32,000 bases of DNA from Planctopirus limnophila DSM 3776. Its GTDB lineage: Bacteria > Planctomycetota > Planctomycetia > Planctomycetales > Planctomycetaceae. The notes below the pieces were generated by a model that saw nothing but the letters and a program-made list of their open reading frames with translations, was not told the origin of the DNA and searched no databases. Positions 25,112 through 32,000 of this stretch are shown here, one piece after another. The translations under genes and the position numbers were made by a program. Position 1 is the first letter of the stretch. Every line of letters begins with the position of its first letter. The stretch lies in the NCBI RefSeq assembly GCF_000092105.1, contig NC_014148.1, positions 4,800,001 to 4,832,000 on the forward strand, in the 5' to 3' direction.

Positions 25112-26463
25112 ACCAGTCCGAATCACGTAATCGAAAACTGGCCTATCTCGGCTTTATCGTCCTGCTCCTCGTTCCCATCGTTCTCCTGGGGATGCCAGGT
25201 GGTGGAAGTTCCACCCCTCCGGGTCTGCTCTCTTCGATGAGATCCAAGTTCGAACTGGGTGAATCCGATATCGGCAAGATCGATCCCACCAGTGCCGCCA
25301 TGAATATGGTGCTGCTCGGGTTTCGAGGGATTGCCGTGAACACCCTGTGGTCCAATATGGATCATTACAAGAACACGAAGAACTGGGCTCAAATGAAGTC
25401 CACGTCGGATGCCATCATCCGCTTGCAGCCGCACTTCATCTCAGTCTGGCGATTCACCAGCTGGAACCTCGCCTTCAATGTGAGTGCCGAATGGGACAGC
25501 GTCAAAGATCGCTTCCACTGGGTGAAGGAAGGGGCCAAATTTCTGCAGAACGGGATTGATATCAACGCCAAGAATCCCGATCTCGCCTGGGAAGAAGGCC
25601 GGATCATCGGCTTCAAAATTGGTATGTCCGACGAAGCCCGCTACTTCCGCAAGTTCTTCAAGAACGATCCGGACACCGAACTTTACAAAGGCGGGCCCGA
25701 TCCGAAACTCAACGAACAGGGGCTCGATAACTATCTCGTCGCCCGTGACTGGTATCTGAAGGCCAACGATCGCGAACTCAATCAGCGCCAGCGCATTCTT
25801 GACCGGACTCTCTTCCGGTCTTATCCCGCACGCTCGTACTTCGACTATGCCGCCGCTCTGCAAAAAGACGGCGTCTTCGGCGAGCAGACACGCGTGGCCT
25901 GGGATGATGCCTATCGCGACTGGACAACGAAGTTCGGCCGGGAAGTCTTCTACGTTCCCGAAGTCCCCGAAGTCGGCATGTCGATGGAAATGACTGAGGA
26001 CGATATCAGCCGACAGGCCAAGACGGGCGACGAAGAACGCCGGCTTCGTAAAGCCGTCGATGACTATCAGAAAATCTGCAACTATCGCTACTGGCGAGAA
26101 CGTGCCCGTTGTGAACGTGAACCGCAGATGGCTGATGCTCACCGGGAAATCTACGAAGCACAGGTTGCTTACAGCGAACAGCGTTTGACGGAAGCGAAAG
26201 CCCTCGTGGAATCGGGCATGAAGAATTTCGCGGCCATGCTCAAGAAGTATCCCGACCTGCTGCAATACGATGACCTGCTGCTCGAAGACGCACTGACTGC
26301 AGTGCTCATGTGGCAGTACATTCTCAAACTCAGTGGCGAAACTCCCACCGACGACTATCCACTGAAAGTCATCTGGGATAGCCAGCAGGGACGCATTCCG
26401 GATGTTCAGGCCCGCCTCGATCGCTGGCTGCTCGAACAGTCTCGCAACATCGACAAAAAATAA
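25108..26463 (+). CDS. Membrane-anchored hypothetical protein, translationally coupled to the ABC permease
   Basis: 451 aa. One N-terminal TM helix (LAYLGFIVLLLVPIVLLGM). The remainder is rich in W/Y/K/E/D and looks helical, and I recognise no family. The ATG overlaps the permease stop (ATGA at 25108-25111) and GGAGG lies 4 nt upstream. Confidence 0.6.
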   Translation: MNQSESRNRKLAYLGFIVLLLVPIVLLGMPGGGSSTPPGLLSSMRSKFELGESDIGKIDPTSAAMNMVLLGFRGIAVNTLWSNMDHYKNTKNWAQMKSTSDAIIRLQPHFISVWRFTSWNLAFNVSAEWDSVKDRFHWVKEGAKFLQNGIDINAKNPDLAWEEGRIIGFKIGMSDEARYFRKFFKNDPDTELYKGGPDPKLNEQGLDNYLVARDWYLKANDRELNQRQRILDRTLFRSYPARSYFDYAAALQKDGVFGEQTRVAWDDAYRDWTTKFGREVFYVPEVPEVGMSMEMTEDDISRQAKTGDEERRLRKAVDDYQKICNYRYWRERARCEREPQMADAHREIYEAQVAYSEQRLTEAKALVESGMKNFAAMLKKYPDLLQYDDLLLEDALTAVLMWQYILKLSGETPTDDYPLKVIWDSQQGRIPDVQARLDRWLLEQSRNIDKK

Positions 26464-26497
26464 CCCGGGTTGCTTTCAGGCTTTGTGATAGTGGCAT

Positions 26498-26525
26498 GGT
26501 GCAAGAAGTTCCGACGGATTGCACC
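26498..26525. repeat. 28-nt conserved hairpin element, copy B
   Basis: GGTGCAA-gaAGTTCCGACGGA-TTGCACC. It lies between the convergent 25108..26463 (+) and 26587..27708 (-) genes. It matches copy A at 25/28 positions, and two of the three differences form a compensatory T-A to A-T swap at the innermost stem pair. Confidence 0.6.
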
Positions 26526-26586
26526 CTCTTCACTTCGTCATGCTGAGCTATCTTCACTGATTCTCATCGCTGCATCCCGCGATGAA

Positions 26587-27708
26587 TCAGGCGGCTGGCT
26601 TTTGGATCGCCAATTCTTCCAAGGCGGCATGAATCAGGCAGCCACGAGCCACACCAAAGGGCGAAAGCTCGGCTGATCGATATGACTCAATCGCAATCGG
26701 CCAGTCGATCTGCCGCATGGCATTTTTCAACATGGTCGGGAATCCCGTGGCGCGGCTGAGACCCCCCGCGTAGGCCAGTACCGTCGGTTGCGGGAAGTTC
26801 GCGAGTGCCACCACCTGATGCAGCCTTCGACCAGCTTCCGAAAGAACCGCCATCAGAAACTGTCGATACAGATCGGCATAACGCCCCTCGACCATCATGG
26901 AAGCATGTGCTTCATTCGATGGTGCCCGTGAGGCCTGCTCCCGATCATGTCGCGCCTTCTGAATACTCAGCAGATGACGGACATCCGCATCAATTCGATC
27001 TGTCTCCGGATTTCGCTCGTGTGGATTCATTTTCGAGCTCGACATCGTCGTGAGTTGCTCATCAATCCAGTCCCCACCACGGGGAATCACCACTCGGGCG
27101 ATTTCTCGCCCTTGATGGGCCACCGCAAATTCGGTTACAGACGCACCAAAGACAGCCGTGACTCCGCAGAAACTCTCACCCACAAGTTCTGCCAGAGTGA
27201 CCGCCAAGGCCTGACCAACAGCGACTGGCTGGTAGCCGCGCAGCTTCACCAGTTGGCAACTGTAATCGAGTTCGGGCCAGTCGAATGTGGAACTCTGGTC
27301 GTCCAGCAAGTCACCGCTCAGTGCGATCTGCGTCTCTGCCATACGCGTCGATGGCACCGTCAGACAGCAGATCTCTCCCGGCGTTTTCGCTTCAGGAAGT
27401 ACAGCATCCACCATCGCAGCCATAATCTGCCGCGAAAGTGCATCTCGCATATCGAGCTTACCGCCAGGCAACAGCGGATAAAGTGGCAGCGATCGGCTGC
27501 GTGCCAATTCCAGAGCGGCATCTCCCAGAACCACCAGATGCTCACCACAGGGGACAAACAGTCCTTCGGATCGCTCCAGTTTCTGGCGATTGGCCGGTTG
27601 ATCAGGAATCATGGCATAACTGGCGGGAAATCTCCGGGCTCGAAGCTCACGCCCATGCGCACGGACAGATCGAAAGACCGAGGTTCCAAGATCAAGACCC
27701 ATACTCAT
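26587..27708 (-). CDS. Divergent actin-fold (ASKHA superfamily; MreB/ParM/PilM/FtsA-like) protein
   Basis: 373 aa. Phosphate-1-like motif MGLDLGTSVFR at the N-terminus. IPRGGDWIDEQL compares with the MreB/FtsA ..GG(D/N).. segment. Adenosine-like motif LAYAGGLSRATGFPTMLKNAM. C-terminal PFGVARGCL. The phosphate-2 position reads AVFGASVTEFAV rather than D.G.G.TE. The ATG overlaps the upstream stop (ATGA at 27705-27708). Confidence 0.6.
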   Translation of the reverse strand: MSMGLDLGTSVFRSVRAHGRELRARRFPASYAMIPDQPANRQKLERSEGLFVPCGEHLVVLGDAALELARSRSLPLYPLLPGGKLDMRDALSRQIMAAMVDAVLPEAKTPGEICCLTVPSTRMAETQIALSGDLLDDQSSTFDWPELDYSCQLVKLRGYQPVAVGQALAVTLAELVGESFCGVTAVFGASVTEFAVAHQGREIARVVIPRGGDWIDEQLTTMSSSKMNPHERNPETDRIDADVRHLLSIQKARHDREQASRAPSNEAHASMMVEGRYADLYRQFLMAVLSEAGRRLHQVVALANFPQPTVLAYAGGLSRATGFPTMLKNAMRQIDWPIAIESYRSAELSPFGVARGCLIHAALEELAIQKPAA

Positions 27709-30035
27709 GACTTTTTTGTCCCTCGTAATTGCACAAGAGCCTGTTCAAAGGGAGCCGTCGCTCCTTTGCTGGCAGCACTCCCGGGAGGTGTTGTTCGATC
27801 TCGTGAGAGGGCATCCTGCGCCGTATCGACTCGCCGATAAACTGCCGAACTCGAATGGGAACTGCGGTTCTGGTTCGCACCCAGACTGCTTCGACGCGGC
27901 AGTTCTTCATGAGTCTCGCGATGAATCGGTCGATCTCCCATGCTGGGCTCGCGGAGCGTCCGCGAACTCTGGCTCAAGAGGAAGTGTGGCGTTTGGCCAG
28001 ATTCTTGAGAAAGAGGTGCTTCAGCCGGATCAAACCTGGCAAAGCGACGATCAGCAGGCAATTCCTGGAATCGCAACTGGCGGTTAATCCAGGCGGGTTC
28101 TTCATGCAGCTCCAGCCGGTTGTGCAACAGATCTTCAATCATCTGCTGAATCGATGCCGTCTCACTGGTCGGTAGAGTTGGCTGTTCAGGCAAAGTCCGC
28201 TCAGCGGGCAAACTTTCGCTCTCCATCGAAGCTCGTGCCATCCCTGTTCGATTGGCAGCCGGCTTCAGAATGCTTCGATAGGATTGATCTTCATCATCAA
28301 TGAGTCGTTTCTCTTCCTGCACAGAAGAATCTGCGGGTTTGAGAATCGACTGACCAACGAGTGGAGCTGGCATCTCAGCCTGCAATCTGGCCAGACTGAA
28401 ATCCTGTGCCATCTCGTGCTCTTCGCGGGCATGATTCTCTTTCACAGATTGACCATGCAGCGGGTCCAGAAATCGACCGGCCGCAAAAGCTGCTCCCATC
28501 AATCCGATCACGGTCCCCAGAATCAAAGCCATCGTGGTCAGATAGCTTCCCAATCCCTGGCTGGCAGCACTTTCGTTTTCCATGTCGGCAACCTCCGGCG
28601 GAAGTGGCGCGACCGGGATCGACGAATTGCCTGACAACGCGTTGTTTTGCGAGTAAGCAGGGATCTCTACACGGGTCGGTCCAGTGTATGAAGAACCTGC
28701 GTACGAAGACCCCGTGTACGAAGCTTCTGGCGCTGGCAGGGAAATCGGTGCAGAGGAGACCGCACTGGTCCCTGATGGTGAAGCTCCCGATTGAGAGGCC
28801 ATCGCTGCTTCGGTTCGGCCAGCCGTACCTGCAGAAATCGCCGGGAGCAGCGGAAGACTCATCCCCGATGCCGAATACCTCTCACCCGGATTTGATCCTC
28901 CGGGAAGCTGTGTCGTCTGTACCGGAATGGTCTCTCTGGGGTAGGCAGGATTCTGACTGGCCGATCGCTGAAGATCAGCCGTCAATGCATGGCCATCCAT
29001 TCCCGGGGGAGGTGGGACATCTTCGACCTGACTGCGATTTGTGCGGGGTTGTGGATAAGCCGGGTTCGCAGCCTGTCTTGGCCATGGAGCAGAAGGATTC
29101 GATGCCACCTCTCGCGGTTGACTTCCGGGAACATAGGGTTCACCCAGTGGCTCTGTTCGACCAACACCAATCTCAGCCTGCTGGAGCAGAGCCAGATTGG
29201 CTTCTTCAGTGGTCTGGTTCGATGAGGGAGTGCGCAACATGGCAGTCGGAGTGATCTGAGGATCCCGTTGAGGCCCAGCGACATTGGTTGTGGTGGTTCC
29301 TGCGTTCGCCACCCACTCGCGAACTGGTGGAAACTCAGGCAATTGAGCAGGATTGATCGAGCCCGGTGCAAAGATCAGCAAAGCGGTCTGCGGGATCGTC
29401 TGATCGACGTGTTCAATCCTCGCTGGAGAAAGGACTTTGACATTTCGTGATAACTCAGGAGGTTGCCCCAGCATTGCACAAATACTGCTGACACTGGCCT
29501 GCTGAGTTTTGACGCGCACGACAATCGGTCTGGGAAGTACACCCAGAAGAACCAGTTGCACTCCATTTTGCTCGATTCTGGCTGCATCGGGTGGTGCGTA
29601 GTCTGGCAGGTTTTCCGCGATGATCACATCACCAGCCTCTAATGACGTCGCCCCTGCGGGATGGTAGTACACCCGTTGATCGGGCCTCGATTTTCGAATC
29701 ACGCGCAAACTGGGCGATGCTGTCGGGTTCAGGCCACCTGCCTGTGCCACCAACTGTTCGATGGTCGCGACTCGATTCTGTGAATCCGCACCGGCGGGGA
29801 GGCGGTAAACACCAGGTTGTGAGACTTCGCCAACCACAGCCACGAACATCTCTTCGCGAACGGTTGTCTGGAAGTTGATGATACGAGGCGACGATGGACG
29901 AGACTGGGCCAAAGCCATTTCTCCCACCCAGAACAACCCCAGTACCAAGGTCGCCACTTTTGGCCACCACATAATGCTCACTCCCGCTGCAATCGTTAGT
30001 GGGCGCACAGCCGCCTTGTTTGTCATCATCGGCAC
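27705..30035 (-). CDS. Bitopic envelope protein: signal/anchor, SLBB-type beta-grasp domain(s), long Pro/Ser/Gln-rich linker, TM helix, cytoplasmic tail of about 255 aa
   Basis: 776 aa. Hydrophobic N-terminus at aa 26-43. SLBB-like motif at aa 62-142: FVAVVGEVSQPGVYRLP...TIEQLVAQAGGLNPTA...LRVIR...LEAGDVIIAENL. A second beta-grasp-like stretch at aa 158-225. Low-complexity region at aa 240-490. TM helix at aa 497-520 (nt 28476-28547), acidic before and basic after. The start is GTG at 30035 or an ATG at 30029 or 30026. Confidence 0.55.
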   Translation of the reverse strand: MPMMTNKAAVRPLTIAAGVSIMWWPKVATLVLGLFWVGEMALAQSRPSSPRIINFQTTVREEMFVAVVGEVSQPGVYRLPAGADSQNRVATIEQLVAQAGGLNPTASPSLRVIRKSRPDQRVYYHPAGATSLEAGDVIIAENLPDYAPPDAARIEQNGVQLVLLGVLPRPIVVRVKTQQASVSSICAMLGQPPELSRNVKVLSPARIEHVDQTIPQTALLIFAPGSINPAQLPEFPPVREWVANAGTTTTNVAGPQRDPQITPTAMLRTPSSNQTTEEANLALLQQAEIGVGRTEPLGEPYVPGSQPREVASNPSAPWPRQAANPAYPQPRTNRSQVEDVPPPPGMDGHALTADLQRSASQNPAYPRETIPVQTTQLPGGSNPGERYSASGMSLPLLPAISAGTAGRTEAAMASQSGASPSGTSAVSSAPISLPAPEASYTGSSYAGSSYTGPTRVEIPAYSQNNALSGNSSIPVAPLPPEVADMENESAASQGLGSYLTTMALILGTVIGLMGAAFAAGRFLDPLHGQSVKENHAREEHEMAQDFSLARLQAEMPAPLVGQSILKPADSSVQEEKRLIDDEDQSYRSILKPAANRTGMARASMESESLPAERTLPEQPTLPTSETASIQQMIEDLLHNRLELHEEPAWINRQLRFQELPADRRFARFDPAEAPLSQESGQTPHFLLSQSSRTLREPSMGDRPIHRETHEELPRRSSLGANQNRSSHSSSAVYRRVDTAQDALSRDRTTPPGSAASKGATAPFEQALVQLRGTKKS

Positions 30036-30248
30036 GACCGCGAACAGCCATCAGCGAAATGGATTCTGCAGCAGAAAATTGAACATAAGCACAGGTATTC
30101 TTCGTTCGAGTTCTTCCCAGCATCGTTTCCTCAGCAGCAGTTTCTGCCGGTTCAATCAATCAACTTTTCTCTCGTGAGATGGATATATTCACAGTTCCAA
30201 TCCATCACCGGCATTGATTCGCACTGCAGAAGGCGGTCAGGAGATCTC

Positions 30249-31115
30249 ATGAAACGCATACTGATTCAGCTCGATACCGATCCTCTGGCCAGCGTGTTTG
30301 ACCGGGTTGTCGCCGTCGATGCCGGCGTCGATGAGCTCTTCAGCTACGGAAGCGTTTCACCCGAAGCTGCCGTGGGCCTGACGCATGGGGCGATCTTTAC
30401 CCGCAAAGTGGCTGACCTGAAATCCACCGCGATCTTTGTCGGTGGCAGCGATGTTCAAGCCGGAGAAGCGGTCTACGCCAAAGTTCTGCATTCGTTCTTC
30501 GGGCCCATGCGTGTCAGTGTCATGCTCGATTCGAATGGTTCCAACACCACAGCCGCTGCAGCTGTCGCCTCTGCCGGCAAACATCTTGCACTGAAAGAGA
30601 CACAAGCGGTCATTCTGGGTGGCACCGGCCCCGTGGGATTTCGAGCAGCACAACTCCTGGCTTCTCAAGGTGCGCGTGTCAAACTGGTCTCACGTCATGC
30701 CGCCAAAGCCAGTGAAGCCTGCGTCCAACTGAAGCTGCTGGAACTTCCGGGAACCGTTTCGCCGCATGTCTCGACCAGTTTTGAGGAGACGATCGCTCTG
30801 TGTGCGGGAGCGGATCTGTTAATCGCAGCCGGTGCAGCTGGGATCGAAGTGGCAGCACTCGAAGATTTGAAAGCAACCGGAATCCGGGTGGTGGTCGATG
30901 TGAATGCCGTTCCGCCCTTGGGAGTTCGAGGCGTTGAATCCACCGATAAAGCCAAAGAGCGGGAAGGGATGATCTGTTACGGCGCACTGGGTGTCGGGAA
31001 CCTCAAGATCAAGGTTCATAGAGCAGCGATCGAAAAGCTGTTTACTTCAAATGACCTGAAGCTCGATACCCAGGCCATGCTGGAAATTGCTCGCGAATTG
31101 ACAGCATTGGCCTAG
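30249..31115 (+). CDS. NAD(P)-dependent methylene-tetrahydromethanopterin dehydrogenase (MtdA/MtdC family)
   Basis: 288 aa from the ATG at 30249, with AGGAGA 4 nt upstream. Strong resemblance to MtdA as I recall it: LIQLDTDPLASVFDRVVAVDAG, STAIFVGGSD, FFGPMRVSVMLDSNGSNTTAAAAVA, GTGPVGFRAAQLLA, DVNAVPPLG, ALGVGNLKIKVHRAAIEKLF. The track ORF starts at 30174. Confidence 0.85.
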   Translation: MKRILIQLDTDPLASVFDRVVAVDAGVDELFSYGSVSPEAAVGLTHGAIFTRKVADLKSTAIFVGGSDVQAGEAVYAKVLHSFFGPMRVSVMLDSNGSNTTAAAAVASAGKHLALKETQAVILGGTGPVGFRAAQLLASQGARVKLVSRHAAKASEACVQLKLLELPGTVSPHVSTSFEETIALCAGADLLIAAGAAGIEVAALEDLKATGIRVVVDVNAVPPLGVRGVESTDKAKEREGMICYGALGVGNLKIKVHRAAIEKLFTSNDLKLDTQAMLEIARELTALA

Positions 31116-31119
31116 CGAT

Positions 31120-32000
31120 TCAACTCGGCTCCAGAGACGTCCACTGCTCTCGAAGCTCTTTGGCACGCTGTGCGATTTCTTGAAGTTCCAGTTCGGTCTT
31201 CCGATCCACGTTCTTCAGCTGCATCGCCATCCGCTGATTCCCGCGCAATTGTTCCCGATGACGCGAAAGAAAATCCCAGTAAAAGGTGGTGATCGGGCAA
31301 GCGTCTTTCCCTGTCGATTTCTTGGGATCGAACTGGCAGCTCTGACAGAAGTTACTCATCCGGCTGATGTAAGCACCCGTGGCACAATAAGGCTTGGTAC
31401 CGACAATTCCACCATCACCAAACTGACTCATCCCGAGTGTGTTCGGCAACGACACCCAGTCAATGGCATCCAGGTACATCGCCATATGCCACTGATGAAA
31501 CTGATAAGGATGAGCACCAAAGGTCTGAGAAAGATTGCCCAGCACCATCAGCCGATGGATATGATGGGCATACCCATGCTTGAGCACATGGCTCATCGAT
31601 TCACGCACACAGACCATCTCCGTCTGGCCATCCCAGAAGAACGAGGGCAACGGTTGCTGATGTTCAAAGAAGTTCAGTTCCGCATATCGGGGCATATGGC
31701 TCCAGTAAATGCCGCGAATGAACTCACGCCAGCCAAGAATTTGCCGCACAAATCCCTCAGTACTCGCCAGATCGACATGGCCCGCCTGATAAGCCTCCAC
31801 GGCCACCTGCACACATTCCCGCGGATTGAGCAGTTTGACATTGAGATAAACCGATAGCCGGGAGTGATGCAGAGTGGCCTCTCCCGTCCACATCGCATCT
31901 TCATATCGACCAAATCGCGGGAGATGGTGCCTGACAAAATGCTTGAGGAGTTTCAGTGCATCGACCCGTGTCACCGCTAACGTTTCATCAAACACCTCCC
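31120..32000 (-). CDS. Cryptochrome/photolyase-family protein of the FeS-BCP / (6-4) photolyase (PhrB/CryB, COG3046) type; N-terminus outside the window
   Basis: The frame is open to the window edge. The C-terminal 290+ aa contain [22 protein letters not shown] and WFMAMYLDA-like ([13 protein letters not shown]) motifs. A Cys pattern (VCV ... NFCQSC-x12-C) is consistent with the four [4Fe-4S] ligands of PhrB-type enzymes. Confidence 0.8.
   Translation of the reverse strand, partial: EVFDETLAVTRVDALKLLKHFVRHHLPRFGRYEDAMWTGEATLHHSRLSVYLNVKLLNPRECVQVAVEAYQAGHVDLASTEGFVRQILGWREFIRGIYWSHMPRYAELNFFEHQQPLPSFFWDGQTEMVCVRESMSHVLKHGYAHHIHRLMVLGNLSQTFGAHPYQFHQWHMAMYLDAIDWVSLPNTLGMSQFGDGGIVGTKPYCATGAYISRMSNFCQSCQFDPKKSTGKDACPITTFYWDFLSRHREQLRGNQRMAMQLKNVDRKTELELQEIAQRAKELREQWTSLEPS

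Noticed and set aside
25441-26265. A 274-aa ORF antisense to the 451-aa ABC-associated gene.
   Set aside because: Its composition is typical of an antisense shadow ORF: rich in F/V/I/G and almost no Lys. The sense gene has a TM anchor, a Shine-Dalgarno and an ATGA coupling to the permease gene.
26947-29254. Long plus-strand ORFs (26947..27840, 297 aa; 28406..29254, 282 aa) opposite the actin-fold and SLBB genes.
   Set aside because: They are Arg/Ser/His-rich, have no motifs and have no start context. The minus-strand frames carry recognisable ASKHA and SLBB motifs and an overlapping stop/start.

Overview
Gene-dense chromosomal window with about 24 protein genes. I found no rRNA, tRNA, transposase, integrase or CRISPR. 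Gene content suggests a Planctomycetota-type genome, but this is inference only: an MtdA/MtdC-type H4MPT gene in a non-methylotroph context, DUF1223, many large low-complexity envelope proteins, and moderate GC by eye. Left to right: DUF1223 (partial); UDP-glucuronate 4-epimerase and UDP-glucose 6-dehydrogenase; HtrA protease; a membrane-anchored P-loop GTPase; kdsD translationally coupled to a 983-aa anchored protein with OstA/Lpt-like features; a four-gene overlapping operon RDD / SpoIIM-like / DUF4129 / DUF4350; a Pro-rich secreted protein; speH; an FKBP isomerase; a 4-copy structured tandem repeat; a SulP transporter; an ABC-2 exporter operon with an unknown coupled third gene; an SLBB-domain bitopic protein coupled to a divergent actin-fold protein; an H4MPT dehydrogenase; and a partial FeS-type photolyase. 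The best candidates for something undescribed are, in order: (1) the SLBB / actin-fold gene pair at 26587-30035; (2) the 94-95 nt structured tandem repeat at 19190-19553; (3) a 28-nt hairpin element present twice with a compensatory base-pair change; (4) the RDD-SpoIIM-DUF4129-DUF4350 operon, which lacks its usual MoxR/DUF58 partners; and (5) the kdsD-coupled giant Lpt-like protein. All family calls rest on motif recognition by eye, and no searches were run.
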